From NCBI GenBank assembly GCA_030390025.1, contig CM059432.1:26662001-26726000 (forward strand): a stretch of DNA of 64,000 nt, read 5' to 3'. Of this stretch, positions 23,186 through 36,320 are shown one piece after another. A model generated the notes under the pieces. That model was given only the letters and a program-made list of their open reading frames with translations. It did no database searches and was not told the origin of the DNA. A program made the translations under genes and the position numbers. The stretch comes from Squalus acanthias (lineage: Eukaryota). The number at the start of each line of letters is the position of its first letter. Within the stretch, counting starts at the first letter, position 1.

Positions 23186-24339
23186 TCCGGCTGTCCCAGA
23201 ACAACAGCTTTGTCACACCACCTTCTGAACCATATTCCACAGTTGTGAATGTTATATTGAACTGTTGCTTATTGTCGCTCGGCAATCACATAATGTGCTT
23301 AGTAATCTTGATACCAGTTTCTGTGGTTGTTGTCTCCACTCGGTTAGAATAAGGGTAATTACCCTAATCATAGGGACAAGTGAAATTAATAACCTTACAG
23401 GTGTAGGTAACAGGAGGCTAGAGGAGAAGAACCAAGAAAATTCAGACGAAGAATGTGCACTGCCCAGGAGAAGGTTGTCTCATTGCTAATGTGGAAACAT
23501 TGGACATGATGGGGGAAATTTTCAACCTCACAGCCTGGGTGGTAACGTGGCTGAGCGGATCAATGGAACGAAAATCAGGAGGGTTCTACAATGGACGGGA
23601 TTCCACTCCACCAGGTTACGACCCAGGAAGCAAAATTGAAAGCTATCTCCCACCCCAGTCTCTCCACCATCACTCGGCAATTGGAAATGTGATGGTTTCT
23701 GCAACATCATCTCAACATTTTCAATGATTGGATCGGAGTAGCTCTTTTGACGAGATGCTTGTTTCCTATAAAGGACATTATAACTTGTTGGGAAAACAAT
23801 ATTAGTCTATTTCCAGGCCTATGAAGCCAGTATCAGTGCAATATTCTGTGTATTTTGATATCTTATTCATTGTTAATTGCAAAAAAAATTGGTTCAAGGC
23901 TTTATGGATAAAAAGAAAATCAATGTAGAATTTTAAAGGAATTAATTCAGAATTAGGTTGGCTAGTAAAGAACTGCCATTAAAAGCTCAATAATATTCCC
24001 AGACTCTGAATATCACAAAGAGGTGACCTTTAATTGTGCACAGGGTAAATAGAAAATAGTAATTAGCAAGTTAATAGGACAATAGTTTAATAAGGTCACC
24101 GCAACATCCTATGAAAACTGAAATGGCTGAATAGTCTGCCATTACTCACTGTCAAGAGTAACTTTCGATGGTCTATTAAATAATGGTGACAGTCTGCACA
24201 CACTAAATAATAATAATGGTGGCTATGCAGACTGGTGTAGGATAAATGCGTCACAGTAGCTTTCCGGGTATCTAACATTCACCTGCATGATGTGGTGCAG
24301 ATGATCACATAGAACCTGCACAATGATTGATCGGAACAC

Positions 24340-24830
24340 CTTACTATTCAAAAAAGGCTTAGAATTTTAAGAGGAGGCCAGATGGCTACATGGGTTCCAT
24401 CATGGAGGTTCTGCATTCTTGGGAACCCAACCATTCTGAAAAAGTGCAGAGCCCTCCCCTGTTGCTGGCAAATAGGGGGCATCGGTTGGAAAACAATGTC
24501 ATGCGCGCTGGCAAACAAGGAAGCAGTGACTCGACACATGCAGGAGGTTTGGGCAAAAGCAAGTTTGTGAGGGCTTGGTAGCAGCAAGAAGACAGGTGGG
24601 TTTGGTGGAGACAGGCATAAACCACGGGAGCTTAGCTGATTTGATGTGGTACCTGATAAGGCTGCAAAGGAAGCATTTGCATAGATGTTCAAGGCAGTTG
24701 TGACTTTCATAGCCATGAACATAGTCATCCCAGTCCTAGATAACGTTGACAGCTCAGGCCACAGGAGACTGCAAAGTTCTAAGACTGCCTCCCAGGTGAA
24801 GCACAGAGGGCAAAGGCACATCTCATCGGA
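24340..24830 (-). pseudogene. Degenerate Harbinger transposase fragment
   Basis: MKVTTALNIYANASF...VGFPRMQNLHDGTHVAI. Confidence 0.8.
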
Positions 24831-25293
24831 AATGCCCCATTAACTGTGGCAGGATCTACAGACTCGCCTCCTTGAATTATGGCAGATGCCCTCAGATGCA
24901 GGCTGACCTGTCTCTGCAGATTCCTGTGGAATTCTTCCTCATCTTCTATGAGAGAGATGTCCAGATAAAGAGTTAAATAGAGAGTTAAACTCCCCACAAT
25001 GCTAGGAAGTGAAAAAGGGAAGTGAAAAATATCAAAAAATGCAAAACAGTAGAACAAGATTAGCAACAACAAAAAAATGCAGCTATCTAAATGCAATAAA
25101 AGCAATCCAAAAACATAAAGAAGATCTCTCACTCCCCAAACAAGTCAATACAGCTTTAAGAAAACTCACTGTGGAGGTCCGGGAGCATGGTTTGATATGC
25201 ACCTGCTTTTGATTGGCCTAGAGAAATGGCATTGCTTCTCTGAGCAAATGCGCAAAAGGATGGGGTGGAAAGCTCCGCTCTTATCTACATAAT

Positions 25294-25934
25294 GGGCCAT
25301 AATTTGCTGTCAAAAGAACAGTGAGGCTAATTTCGCTCGCGGTTACTTATGTGCAAATGGTGCAGCAACTTCAGGCAGGGGGGGCAGATGCGCGTCTAAA
25401 CTCAGATATCTAAAAGTTGCTGTCCGAGTTGCGCCACTCCGCCATTAGCTTCGCGAAAATGACATTGCGCTGTCTGGCTCACCATCGAAATGCATTGACT
25501 CACGTGAAGTTGCTATATTTGCGCAGTAAATACAAACTAAACTCGTCACAGAAAGTTAAGTCTTGTCCATTTCAGCCTAAGTACCCTTTTAACGACATAA
25601 GTGTTAATTACTTCAAGTCAACCTCTCTGGAACTAAAAATTAACTATTACAAGTGTGAAGTTTCATTCCTTCAGGTTGTAATTGTTGTTAGAGATTTTAA
25701 AAATGCAATTTTTAAGAAAATTTAAATTTACTTTTCCTTTCTGTCTTTTTTTTCTCTCTTAATATAATCTTTCTTTTCCTCTTATTTCTCTTTCTATACC
25801 TGTTTTGGCATTGAATTTACGCACTCTAATTTATACTTCCTTCTCAGTCCTTGTGCTGTTAATTTCACAATCCTTCAATCTGGTTGGTTAAGGAGATGCA
25901 CAGTTGATTGCCCTGTTCACTCAGGTCGCAGATG
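25294..25934 (+). mobile_element. Harbinger-type MITE, left part only (family of 37148-43161)
   Basis: GGGCCATAATTTGCTG terminus; colinear with 37148-37677 plus 42918-43020; truncated at an L2. Confidence 0.75.
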
Positions 25935-26560
25935 AGGCAAGGGCGGAGACGGGCGATGTTGCAGAGGTGGAAATAGGCGGTCTTTGTTATGCTGCGGATA
26001 TGTGGTTGGAAGCTCATTTCAGGGTCAAATATGACACCAAGGTTACAAACAGTGTGGTTCAGCCTCAGACAGATGTTAGGGAGAGGGATGGAGTCAGTGG
26101 CAAAGGAACGGAGTTTGTGGCGTGGACTGAAAACAATGGCTTCATTCTTCCCAATATTTAATTGTAGAAAATTTCTGCTCATCCAGAACTGGATGTCGGA
26201 CAAGCAGTCTGACAATTTAGAGACCATGGAGGGGTCGAGAGAAGTGGTGGTGAGGTAAAGCTGGGTGTCATCAACGTACATGTGGAAACTGATGCTGTGT
26301 TTTCGGATGATGTCGCCAAGGGGCAACATGTAGATGAGAAATGGGAGGGAGCCAAGCATAGATCCTTGGGGGACACCAGAGGTAACGATGCGGGAGCAGG
26401 AAGTGAAGCCCTTATAGGTGATTCTCTGGCTACGATTAGATCGATAAGAATGGAACCAGGCAAGTGCAGTCCCACCTAGCTGGACGACGGTGGAGAGGCG
26501 TTGGAGAAGGATGGAGTGGTCAACCGTGTCAAAGGCTACAGACAAGTCCAGAAGGACGAG
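25935..26560 (-). mobile_element. L2 LINE RT fragment
   Basis: LLDLSVAFDTVDH, GVPQGS, HMYVDDTQLY, NFLQLN. Confidence 0.92.
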
Positions 26561-26562
26561 GA

Positions 26563-28045
26563 ATAATCCCAGCAACTACAGGACAGTCAGTCTAACGTCA
26601 GTGGTGGGAAAAAGTTTAGAGACAGTAATCCGGGCAAAATTAATTGGTATTTGGAAAAGTATGGGCGAATAAGTGAAAGTCAGCACGGATTTGTTAATGG
26701 TAAATTGTATTTGACTAACTTGATTGAGTTCTTTGATGAAGTAACGGAGAGGGTTGGTGAGAGTAATGCAGTTGATGTTGTATATATGGACTTTCAAAAG
26801 GCATTTGACAAACTACCACATAATAGATTTCTTTGCAACATTAAAGGGACAATGGTGTCATGGATACAAAATTGGCTAAGGGATAGAAAGCAGAGAGAAG
26901 TGGTGAATGGTTGTTTTTCAGACTGGAGGGAAGTATCCAGTGGTGTTCCCCAGGAACCACTGCACTTTTTGATATATATTAATAACTTGGACTTGGGTAT
27001 ACAGGGCATAATTTCAAAGTTTGCAGAGGATACGAAACTCAGAAATGTAGTAAACAATGAGTAGCCGACTTCAGGAGGACATAGACAGACTGGTAATATG
27101 ACCAGACACATGGCAGATGAAATTTAACGCAGAGAAGTGTGAAGTGATGCATTTTGGTAGGAAGAATGGGGAGAGGCAATATGAACTGAATGGTACAATT
27201 TTAAAGGGGGTGCAGGAACAGAGAGAGCCGAGGGTGTATCTACACAAATCTTTGAAGCTGGCATGACAAGTTAAGAAGGCTGTTAGAAAAGCATATGGGA
27301 TCCTCGGCTTTATTAACAGAGGAATAGAGTACAAAAACAACCTACACTGAATTGCGTTAGAATCATAGAATCATAGAATGATGTAGCACAAAAGTAGGCC
27401 ATTCGGCCCATCATGCGGGCTCTTTGGTAGAGCTATCCAATTAATCCCACTCCCCTGCTCTTTCCCCATAAACCATTATAAATCACTGGTTAGGCCTCAG
27501 CTGGAGTATTGTGTTCAATTCTGGGCACCACACTTTAGGAAGAATGTCAAGGCCTTCGAGAGGGTACAGAAGAGATTTACTAGAATGGTACCAGGGATGA
27601 GGGACTTCAGTTATGTGGAGAGACTGGAGAAGCTGGGGTTGTTCTCCTTAGAGCAGAGAAGGTTAAGAGGAGATTTGATAGAGGTGTTCAAAATCATGAA
27701 CGGTTTTGATAGAGTAAATCAGGAGAAACTGTTTCCAGTGGAAGAAGGGTCGGTAACCAGAGGACACAGAATTAAGGTGATTGGCAAAAGAACCAGAGGC
27801 GACCTGAGGAAACATTTTTTTACACAGCGAGTTGTTGTGATCTGGAATGCACTGCCTGAAGGTGTGGCGGAAGCAGCTTCAATAGTAACATTCAAAAGAG
27901 AATTGGATAAATACTTGAAGGAAAAAATTACAGGTTTATGGGGAAAGAGCAGGGGAGTGAGATTAATTGGATAGCTCTACCAAAGAGCCGGCACAGACTC
28001 GATGGGCCGAATGGCCTACTTTTGTGCTATATCATTCTATGATTC
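26563..28045 (+). mobile_element. CR1 LINE 3' part with an inverted CR1 tail inserted at ~27358-27470
   Basis: RT motifs in ORFs 26651-27064 and 27585-27974; tail ATTCTATGATTCTA. Confidence 0.9.
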
Positions 28046-29360
28046 TAACGCAATTCAGTATAGGTGCAGCCTTTGTAAGAAAGTACCATTTAATTCAGCT
28101 CTTGAAACAACACAGGCTTATTTAAAAGAACATTATATGATTCATGGAGGTTTTTTTTTTACAACTCTCATTTGTGTATTACTGCTCGTTTTTCAATAAT
28201 CTGAACCAGTTCTCATTATCTAAGAAAGATCCCCTGCAGAGTACCATTCAGACTCAGCTGCATGATCTTTGTGGCAGCAGGCGGCCCAACATGCAACAGT
28301 CCCAGTGGATAGCAGGTGCTTTGCCAGTTTACTTCAGGGCATAAACAGCTATATTCAGCTTGGCTGTATCCGTCCTGCCTGGAGTTAATCACATTATTGC
28401 AATGTTTCCTTGAGATATGTGACCTCAAATCCCTTAGAAACCCAGACTATATTAACAAGTCTCTGGTGAAGATTCTGCAAAGAGAAAGTCCGCAGTCAGT
28501 GATAACTTCAGGAGGAAGATTTAATTGTTTGATTCTGGTTTCGGAGGCAAATAATCCCTGCTGATTTTCTGGTGGCAGTACATTTTCTAGGATTTTTTTT
28601 TAATGTATGACAGTTAAGGTGCTTTATGTGCATGTGTGATTTGCTCATCAGTGAATCGAGTAGTGGAGATGAGTGGTGTCTTTATATTTCCTCGGGATAT
28701 AGAAAATGAACTTACATCAAGTTTCAGAATGACAGCTCCTCAGAAACAAAGCATTTGTGTCTAGCATCAAACAGTCCCAGGTCAGGTATTGCAGAACACT
28801 GAGCACTATTGTCCTCTTAATGTACCTCAACTCTAAAGTCCAAAGATGAGCTACATTGTGCCAAGTCCCTATCTTAATTGATTCACCAAGTGAATTTATC
28901 ATATTAATGTAAAGGCAACTTTTGGGCATTTGCCACTTGACCATTGAGAATTAGTGTGAGAAAGCTTGGGCTAATTTAACTCAGGACTGCAATAGGGAGA
29001 GATGAGTCTTTCATCCTGCTGTCTGTCAGAACTGCATTTGAACCCAGCTGACAGAAATGAAAGGTTACATGTTCTAACATATTGGGAGAGCTAATGCATT
29101 AAATATAAATATAAGACTCAGAAGAGGCAAAAGTTCAATATATATTAACAAGTATTGTAGCAGTCGGAGGAAATCCTTTCAATATTTCATGTGTTAAGAT
29201 GGTAACAGTGAGTGAAAGTATATTTTATATACTTTTTAGGGCAAGTTTTGAGAGTCTCTACTTCTGGCACAGAGTCTCACTCAATAGGAGCTTGGATTGG
29301 AGAATTGGGTGCAGAGGTCAGTCCGTTGGATTCACAGTGCTCCCAATAGTCCAGTCATTA

Positions 29361-31919
29361 GGGGGGAATTTTGCCAGCCCTGCGGAGGCAGGTATGGAGG
29401 CGGGACTGCCGTGAAAATGGCAGAAACTGGGAGCGGGTAATGAGGAAAAAGCAGAGAAATGAAATAAATACTTTGTTTCTGTCTTCACGGAGGAAGACAC
29501 AAAAAACCTCCCAGAAATACGAGAAAACCAAGGGTGTGGTGAGAATGAGGAACTTAAAGAAATTATTATTACTAAAAAAAAGTACTAGCAAAATTAATGG
29601 GACGAAAAGTCGATAAATCCCAAGGACCAGATGACCTACATCCTAGGGTTTTGAAAGAGGTGGCCATTGGGATAGTGGACGCATTGGTTGTCATCTTCCA
29701 AAATTCTATAGATTCTGGAACGGTTCCTGCAGATTGGAGGATAGCAAATGTAACCCCACTATTTAAGAAAGAAGGGAGAGAGGGAACTACAGACCTGTTA
29801 GCCTCACATCAGTAGTTGGGAAAATGCTGGAATCTATTATAAAGGATGCAATAACTGGGCACTTAGAAACTAATGGTAAGTTTTGGGCAGAGTCAACATG
29901 GATTTATGAAAGGGAAATCCTGTTTAACAAACCTGTTGGAGTTCTTTGAGGATGTAACTAATGGAGTAGACAAAGGGGAACCGGTAGATGTGGTGTATCT
30001 GGATTTTCAGAAGGCCTTCGATAAGGTCCCACACAAGAGGTTGGTGAACAAAATTAGGGCACATGGAATTGGGGGTAATATACTAGCATGAATTGAGAAT
30101 TGGTTCACAGACAGAAAACAAAGAGTGGGGATAAACGAGTCTTTTTCAGGATGGCAGGCTGTGACTAGTGGGATAGCCCAAGGATAGGTGCTTGGGCCCC
30201 AGCTATTCACAATCGATATCAATGATTTGGATGAGGGGACTAAATGTAACATTTCCAAATTTGCTGATGATACAAAGCAAGGTGGCAGTGTCAGTTGTGA
30301 AGAGGATGTGAAGAGGCTTCAGGGGATCTCGACAGGCTCAGTGAGTGGGCGAGAACATGGCAGATGGAATATAATGTGGATAAATGTGAAGTTATCCACT
30401 TTGGTAGAAAAAACAGAAAGGCAGAGTATTCCCTAAATGGTGAAAGATTGGGGAATGCAGATGCCCAAGGGGATCTGGGTGTCCTTGTACATGAGACACT
30501 GAAAGTGAATGTGCGGGTGCAGCAAGCCATTAGGAAGGCAAATGGTATACTGGCCTTCATTACAAGAGGATTTGAGTACAGGAGTAAAGAAGTCTTACTC
30601 CAATTATATAGGGCCTTGGTGAGACCACACCTGGAGGACTGTGTACAATTTTGGTCTCCTTACCTAAGGAAGGATATACTTGCCATAGAGGGAGTGCAAT
30701 GAAGGTTCACGAGATTGATTCGTGGGATGGCGGGACTGTCATATGAGAAGAGATTGAGTAAACTAGGCCTGTATTCTCTTGAATTCAGAAGAATGAGAGG
30801 GGATCTCATTGAAGCATCCAAAATTATTACAGGGCTTGATAGGGTGGATGCTGGGAGAATGTTTCCCTTGCCGGGGAGTCTAGAAGCAGGGGCCACAGCC
30901 TCAGGATAAAGGGTAGGCCATTCAGGACTGAGATGAGAAGAAATTTCTTCACTCAGAGGGTGGTGAATCTTTGGAATTCTCTACCCCAGAGGGCTGTGGA
31001 GGCTCAGTCATTGGGTATATTCAAAAAGAAATCGATAGATTTCTGACTAGTAAGGGCATCAAGGGATATAGCGATAGGGCTGGTGAATGGAGTTGAGGCA
31101 GAAGATCAGCCATGATCTCATTGAATGGCGGAGCAGACTCGAAGGGCTGAATGGCTTACACCTGCTCCTATTTCTTAAGTTCTTATGTTCTTAACCCACT
31201 CCCAACCCACCTCCGTGCCATCTTCCTGGGAGGCGGGTCCCCAACTCGCGCAGGGGCACGTCTCCTTGAGGCGGGAAGGGGATTAGAGCCAATTAACTGC
31301 CTGTTAACAGGTAGTTAACAGGCAGTTGAGAGGCTTATCCCCATTTTACGCCTGCAATTGCAGGTTTCCCGATGGCTGCGAACCTCGCCAGGGTCAGCGA
31401 GGCGAGCAGTGGGTCTGCGGGGGTGAGAGGGATCGACAAGTCCGCTGTGGAGGTGAGTGATGGGTGCAAGTGTGGAGAGGTAAGTATGAGAGGTGAGTGT
31501 AAAGTGTTAGAAAAAGTTTACTTACCTTTGTTTCTTCCTGCAGGCTTCAACCCTTGGGGATCCGGAAGTGCCTCATCTCAACGGCAGAGATGACAGAATG
31601 GCTGCTGCATTCTCAGATGCAGCAGCCATCTGATTTCTGCTCAGGAGAGAGTTTTGGTGAGCCTTCAGTACAAGGGCTCACCTTAGAACAGAGATTGTCA
31701 GTGTTTGACAGCTTCTCAAAGCTGTCAAACGCTGATAATTCATCTGACGTCCTCTGTCACCGGCTTTCCCTTAATTGGCCAGCTAAGCCCACAGGGCGGG
31801 CTTAACAAGGTCATACAAGGGAAAATAGCGTGGGTTGGCCGGACGTCGTTGGGGGCGGGACTAAAACCCGACAACCAGCAACACCGCCCCAACGCGCCTC
31901 CATTGAGAAAATCCAGCCC
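29361..31919. mobile_element. Harbinger-type MITE interrupted by CR1
   Basis: GGGGGGAATTTT / AAAATCCAGCCC termini; TSD TTA; same family as 40411-41241. Confidence 0.82.
29440..31191 (+). mobile_element. CR1 LINE 5'-truncated, decayed RT
   Basis: RT motif fragments across frames; tail TTCTTATGTTCTT. Confidence 0.92.
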
Positions 31920-31954
31920 TTAAGTAACTGGAAAAACAGGAATGCTATGATTCA

Positions 31955-32298
31955 GACACGGCTACGGACACGGCAACGACACACCCAGCCCAGTCGACCC
32001 TGCAAAGTCCCACTCACCAACATCTGGGGACTTGTGCCAGAATTGGGAGAGCTGTCCCAAAGACTAGTTAAGCAACAGCCTGACGTAGTCATACTCACAG
32101 AAACATACCTTTCAGCCAATGTCACAAACTCCTCCATCCCTGGGTATGTCCTGTCCCACCGGCAGGACAGACCCACCAGGGGTGGCGACACGGTGGTATA
32201 CAGTCGGAAAGGAGTGTCCGTGGCAGTTCTCAACATTGACTCCGGACCCCATGAAGTCTCATGGCAACAGGTCAAGCATGGACAAGGAAACCTCCTGC
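31955..32298 (+). mobile_element. APE endonuclease fragment of the LINE family at 45103-48365
   Basis: TNIWGL...PDVVILTETYL...RQDRPTRGG; nucleotide match to 47660-47985 (minus). Confidence 0.85.
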
Positions 32299-32912
32299 AT
32301 TTCACAGCTTAGTTTCTGCTGCCTTAGCTTCCCAGTGGCTGGGAAAGGTGCATATGGGTCAGCAAATGCAAAAACTGCTTCACTGGACTGTACACTGTTC
32401 TGAGTCACTCATAGCTCACAGGTGTCAAAAAAGATGACTCCCTGCACCTCTGATGGCACAGTTCATATTGTCACTGAAGTATTTAATGCTTTCAGTGAGA
32501 ATCATCCCACTGGGTGGATATTGGAGCTGCAAAAAGCAGTACTGTTGCTTCAGTTATCTTATACTGTTGAAGCCAAAGTCACAGATGTAAACTTTGTTTA
32601 ATTACTGAGAACTCTAGATGAGTCACTCATTATGACTCTATGGCCGCGATTTTACCCTCGGTGGCGGGTTGGAGTCGGGTTGGCTGTTCGGCGGGTTCCG
32701 GTCCCGCTGCCCGTTTAATCCGCACTGAAATAAAGCTTTTCCCTTAAATGGGCTGATTAAGCCCGTCGTGCGCGCTACCCGGCCCAATCAGTGGGTTCGG
32801 ATCTGCTGCTCGCCTCTGCTGACGTCTTCCATCCAGCTGCATTTAAGGAGCCCATGCAACCTTGTTGTTTTTCATTCCTATTCTGATGCTTCTCAGTGTG
32901 GCACATAGCGAA

Positions 32913-34810
32913 ATGACTGCTTCAAGACCAAAGGCCTCTCCAAGATTCGATGATGACTCCCTCCATGCTCTTGTGGAGGGAGTGAGAGGGCGCCAAGAGG
33001 TTCTGTTCCCCTCAAATGGACAGAGGGAGCCTCCTCAGCAAACCAAGGCAGCCTGGCTGCAAATTGCTGAGGAGGTGAGTGCCAGGTCTTTGTGTGCACG
33101 CACCTGGGTTCAGTGCTGCAAAAGGTTCAATGACCTGCTACACTCAGCAAAAGTGAGTATAACATCACACTTACCGTCAATCTGCTCCCCATCTCCTCTC
33201 ATCACCAGCACTCTGCATTGTCAACCTACTCCTGCACATCCCACTTTACCCTTACATCCCTTGTACCCTTAACCATCCCTCTCTCTCTATGTACAGAATC
33301 ACTCCACCATTCTACTATGCACCCCTCACACTCACTATCACTGTTATGCAATGGCAACAACTAACAACGCACAGGGAGGGCCCTTGGTATTGGCACCTCA
33401 CTCCATCTTTGTCTCCCTCTAAGCATCTATGCTATGGATTCTCTACACTCACTCCAACATTCTCACTCAAACTCCACTTGTGTCCCTCATTGCAGGAAAA
33501 GAGAGCCCACAATAAGAGGGAGAGGGGCAGGACAGGAGGAGGGCCACCTTCCATTGCGCACTTGATCACCACTGAGGAGGCTGCTCTTGACATCGTCGGA
33601 GGTGCTGAGGAGCTGGAAGTGGGGGATGGAGAGACAGGCACAGTAGAGCAAGCTGGTGACAGAATAGATTTGCGACCCTCTCATTTAGATTGCATGAGTG
33701 ACTGATATGGCATCTGATGTTCATACAGATTGAGTTCTGATCATCTGCACAATGCGATGTGCCTGCTATGTTAATATCACATGTCTAACTCATGCCTTTA
33801 CTCCCCACAGGACCATCGAGAGCCCCCCTCCCCATTGTCCAGGAGGAAGAGCCGGAAGACCCCTCAGAGGAAGCTACAACCTCTGAGGGCGCAGTGTCAG
33901 CAGAATTGAGTGCACCCAGCATCAGCGCAGAGACGCGCACCTCGGTGGGTCATTCGTGAGATAGATTAGTGTTGTCACCTGGTGTATCACAGCTCACAAG
34001 TGAGCATCAGCAGATGGTGGAGACAGGGACAGCAGTGGAGAGTCCTCGTCAGAGGCCGCAGGGCACTCCTAGCTCTGTTCAGCTGCATGTGACCCTGTGC
34101 CTCTGGGGCCATCCAGAAAGAGAGCGGTGCTGGAACTTCAGCAACAAGTGCAGGAGTCTCTGACAAGTTTTGCATCCATGGTAACTGCGAGTGTGCAGAG
34201 AATGGAGGAGTCCATCTCAAACATAAGCAATGTCGTGGTGGAGGCAATGGCGCATGAACGTGCCGCCATGGAGAGTGTGGCAACCTCCTTGGAGGACATA
34301 ACTCGCCAGACTTAACAGAGCATGGTGACTCTTCTAAATAGATGGTCTGCTATGGAGGATAGATGGGCATCTGTTGAGGAGAGACACCAGAGGTACATGG
34401 ACGTCCCCGTTATGAGGACTGTCAGTACAGAGATGGGTCCTCATGGCCCCACTGATGTGCAGCAAGGTGCTCTCCAGTTACTTGCTAGCAGTGAAGTGCG
34501 GGCGACCCATGAGAGGGATGTTGGTGGTCGCCAACAAGAGTGTGGGCTCCTCTTCAAGCGCTCACACTCCCATGCCACTGCGGAGCCCTCGGTCAGAGCT
34601 CCAGATTCCTCACCCAACTGAGATGGCCGTCTCAGCCCCTGCACAGCCACAGGAGGTGCAGACTGTTGCCGAGCACTTCCAGGTTCCAAAACCCAGAGGA
34701 CGCCTGCCAAAGGTATCGAAGCAGGAGCAGCATGAAAGTGAGCAAGGTGCCTCAACATCTGCTGAAGCCACAGGAGAAGCACCACATAGAGCTCGTGTAA
34801 GAGAAAGTTA
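32913..34810 (+). pseudogene. Harbinger Myb/SANT-like gene, exons 32913-33152, 33496-33655, 33811-~34810
   Basis: PRFDDDSLHALVEGV...AAWLQIAEEV...RTWVQCCKRFNDL; RGRTGGGP; intron phases 0 and 1; stops and frameshifts in exon 3. Confidence 0.85.
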
Positions 34811-35108
34811 ACACACAAATAGTCACAAGGGTAGTCACTTGGGTGTTTTGATGTAATACAAAGTGAAGATTATCATCATTATTTCAATTGTAATAAAGAA
34901 ATGCGATGACAAAGATTCAAAGAGTTGGCCTATGTGTGCCCAGAAATGGAAGTGTCACAGTGAGGTGTCAGGGCGCCTTTCATCTGTAATGATGGTGGTG
35001 AGAGTGATAGGAACCCACAGTTTATTGTACAGATGGTGTATGATGTGTTAAGAAGGTCGGCCAGACACTCATTTCCATGTGGCAGCCACATGTGTTTGCT
35101 TCGTAAAC

Positions 35109-36320
35109 TTAAGCAAATCTGGCAAGGATTAGTGCATCCCTTGCCTCACGGCCAGCAATGTGCTCGCATGCTGGTGGAACTGGCACATCCGCCTCCGCAA
35201 GGTCTTCCTCCTCCTGCTCCTCCTCCTCCTCTAAGGAGGAGGCTGTGCACTGAGCCACTTGTTCCTCAGGCAGCGGTAATCCACGCTGCTGTGCGCTGTT
35301 GTGCAGTGCACAGCAGACCACGATGATTCTGGAGACCCTGGCTGGTGAGTACTGTAGGGCTCCACCTGATCTGTCGAGGCATCTAAATCGCATTTCGAGC
35401 AAGCCGATGGTTTGCTCGAAGATGCCTCTGGTGGAAATGTGGCTGGCATTGCAGCGCTCCTTAGCTTCGTTTGATGGGCTCCTCAACGGCGTCATTAGCC
35501 ATGTCTTCAGGGGATAGCCCTTGTCTCCAAGGAGCCATCCGGAAAGTTGGGTTGGCAGATTGAAGAGCTGAGGCACAGTAGACTGCTGCAGGATGAACGA
35601 GTCATGGCAACTGCCAGGGAACTTGGCGCAAACATGCATAATGTTCGTCCTGTGGACGTTAAGGGAGTGGAAGCCCTTGCAGTTGACAAATACAGCTGGG
35701 TTGTGATGGGGTGCCCTAATAGCCACATGTGTGCAGTCTACGATGCCCTGCACCCTTGACAAGCCTGTCATATTTGCAAAGCCAACCGCACGTGCGGTTA
35801 CACTTGCTTCATCTGTGGAGAAGCGGATGTAATTGTGCGCCTTTGCAAAGAGGGCATCAGTAACCTGCATGATGCAAGTGTGTACGGCCGACTGGGAGAT
35901 GCTGCTGATGTCTGCTGATGATCCCTGGAAGGACCCTGAAGCAAAAAAATTGACGGTGGTGGTGACTTTGACAGCCACTGATAAGGAGTCTCCACCCGCT
36001 CCTCTGGGCTCCAGGTGTTGGTGCAGCATTGCGCAGATGTCAGCGACTACCTCTCGCGGAAGTCTCAGCCTCCTTTCGGCACTGCTGCTCACTCATGTTG
36101 AGGAAGCTCATCCTCTGCCTGTAAACCCTGTGTTGGGGTTATCTCCTGCGGCACGCTGAAGCCCTGCGCTGATGCCCTCTGCCCTGTGTAGCATCAGGTG
36201 GCCGAGGAGAAGGTTGGCGCTCCTATTGTTGCTGCTGCTGTTGTGCCGGGTTCTGCTGCTGCCGCGGCTGCTCTTCCTCCGATTCTGAGGACCAGGATGA
36301 GAGGGTTTAAATGGTTCCCA
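35109..36320 (-). pseudogene. Harbinger DDE transposase
   Basis: ORF 35109-36092: [33 protein letters not shown] segment deleted; frameshift near 36100. Confidence 0.92.

Noticed and set aside
35109..36092. Domesticated HARBI1 host gene
   Set aside because: Lies within TIRs beside a Myb partner and has a deletion and frameshift; it is a transposon copy.
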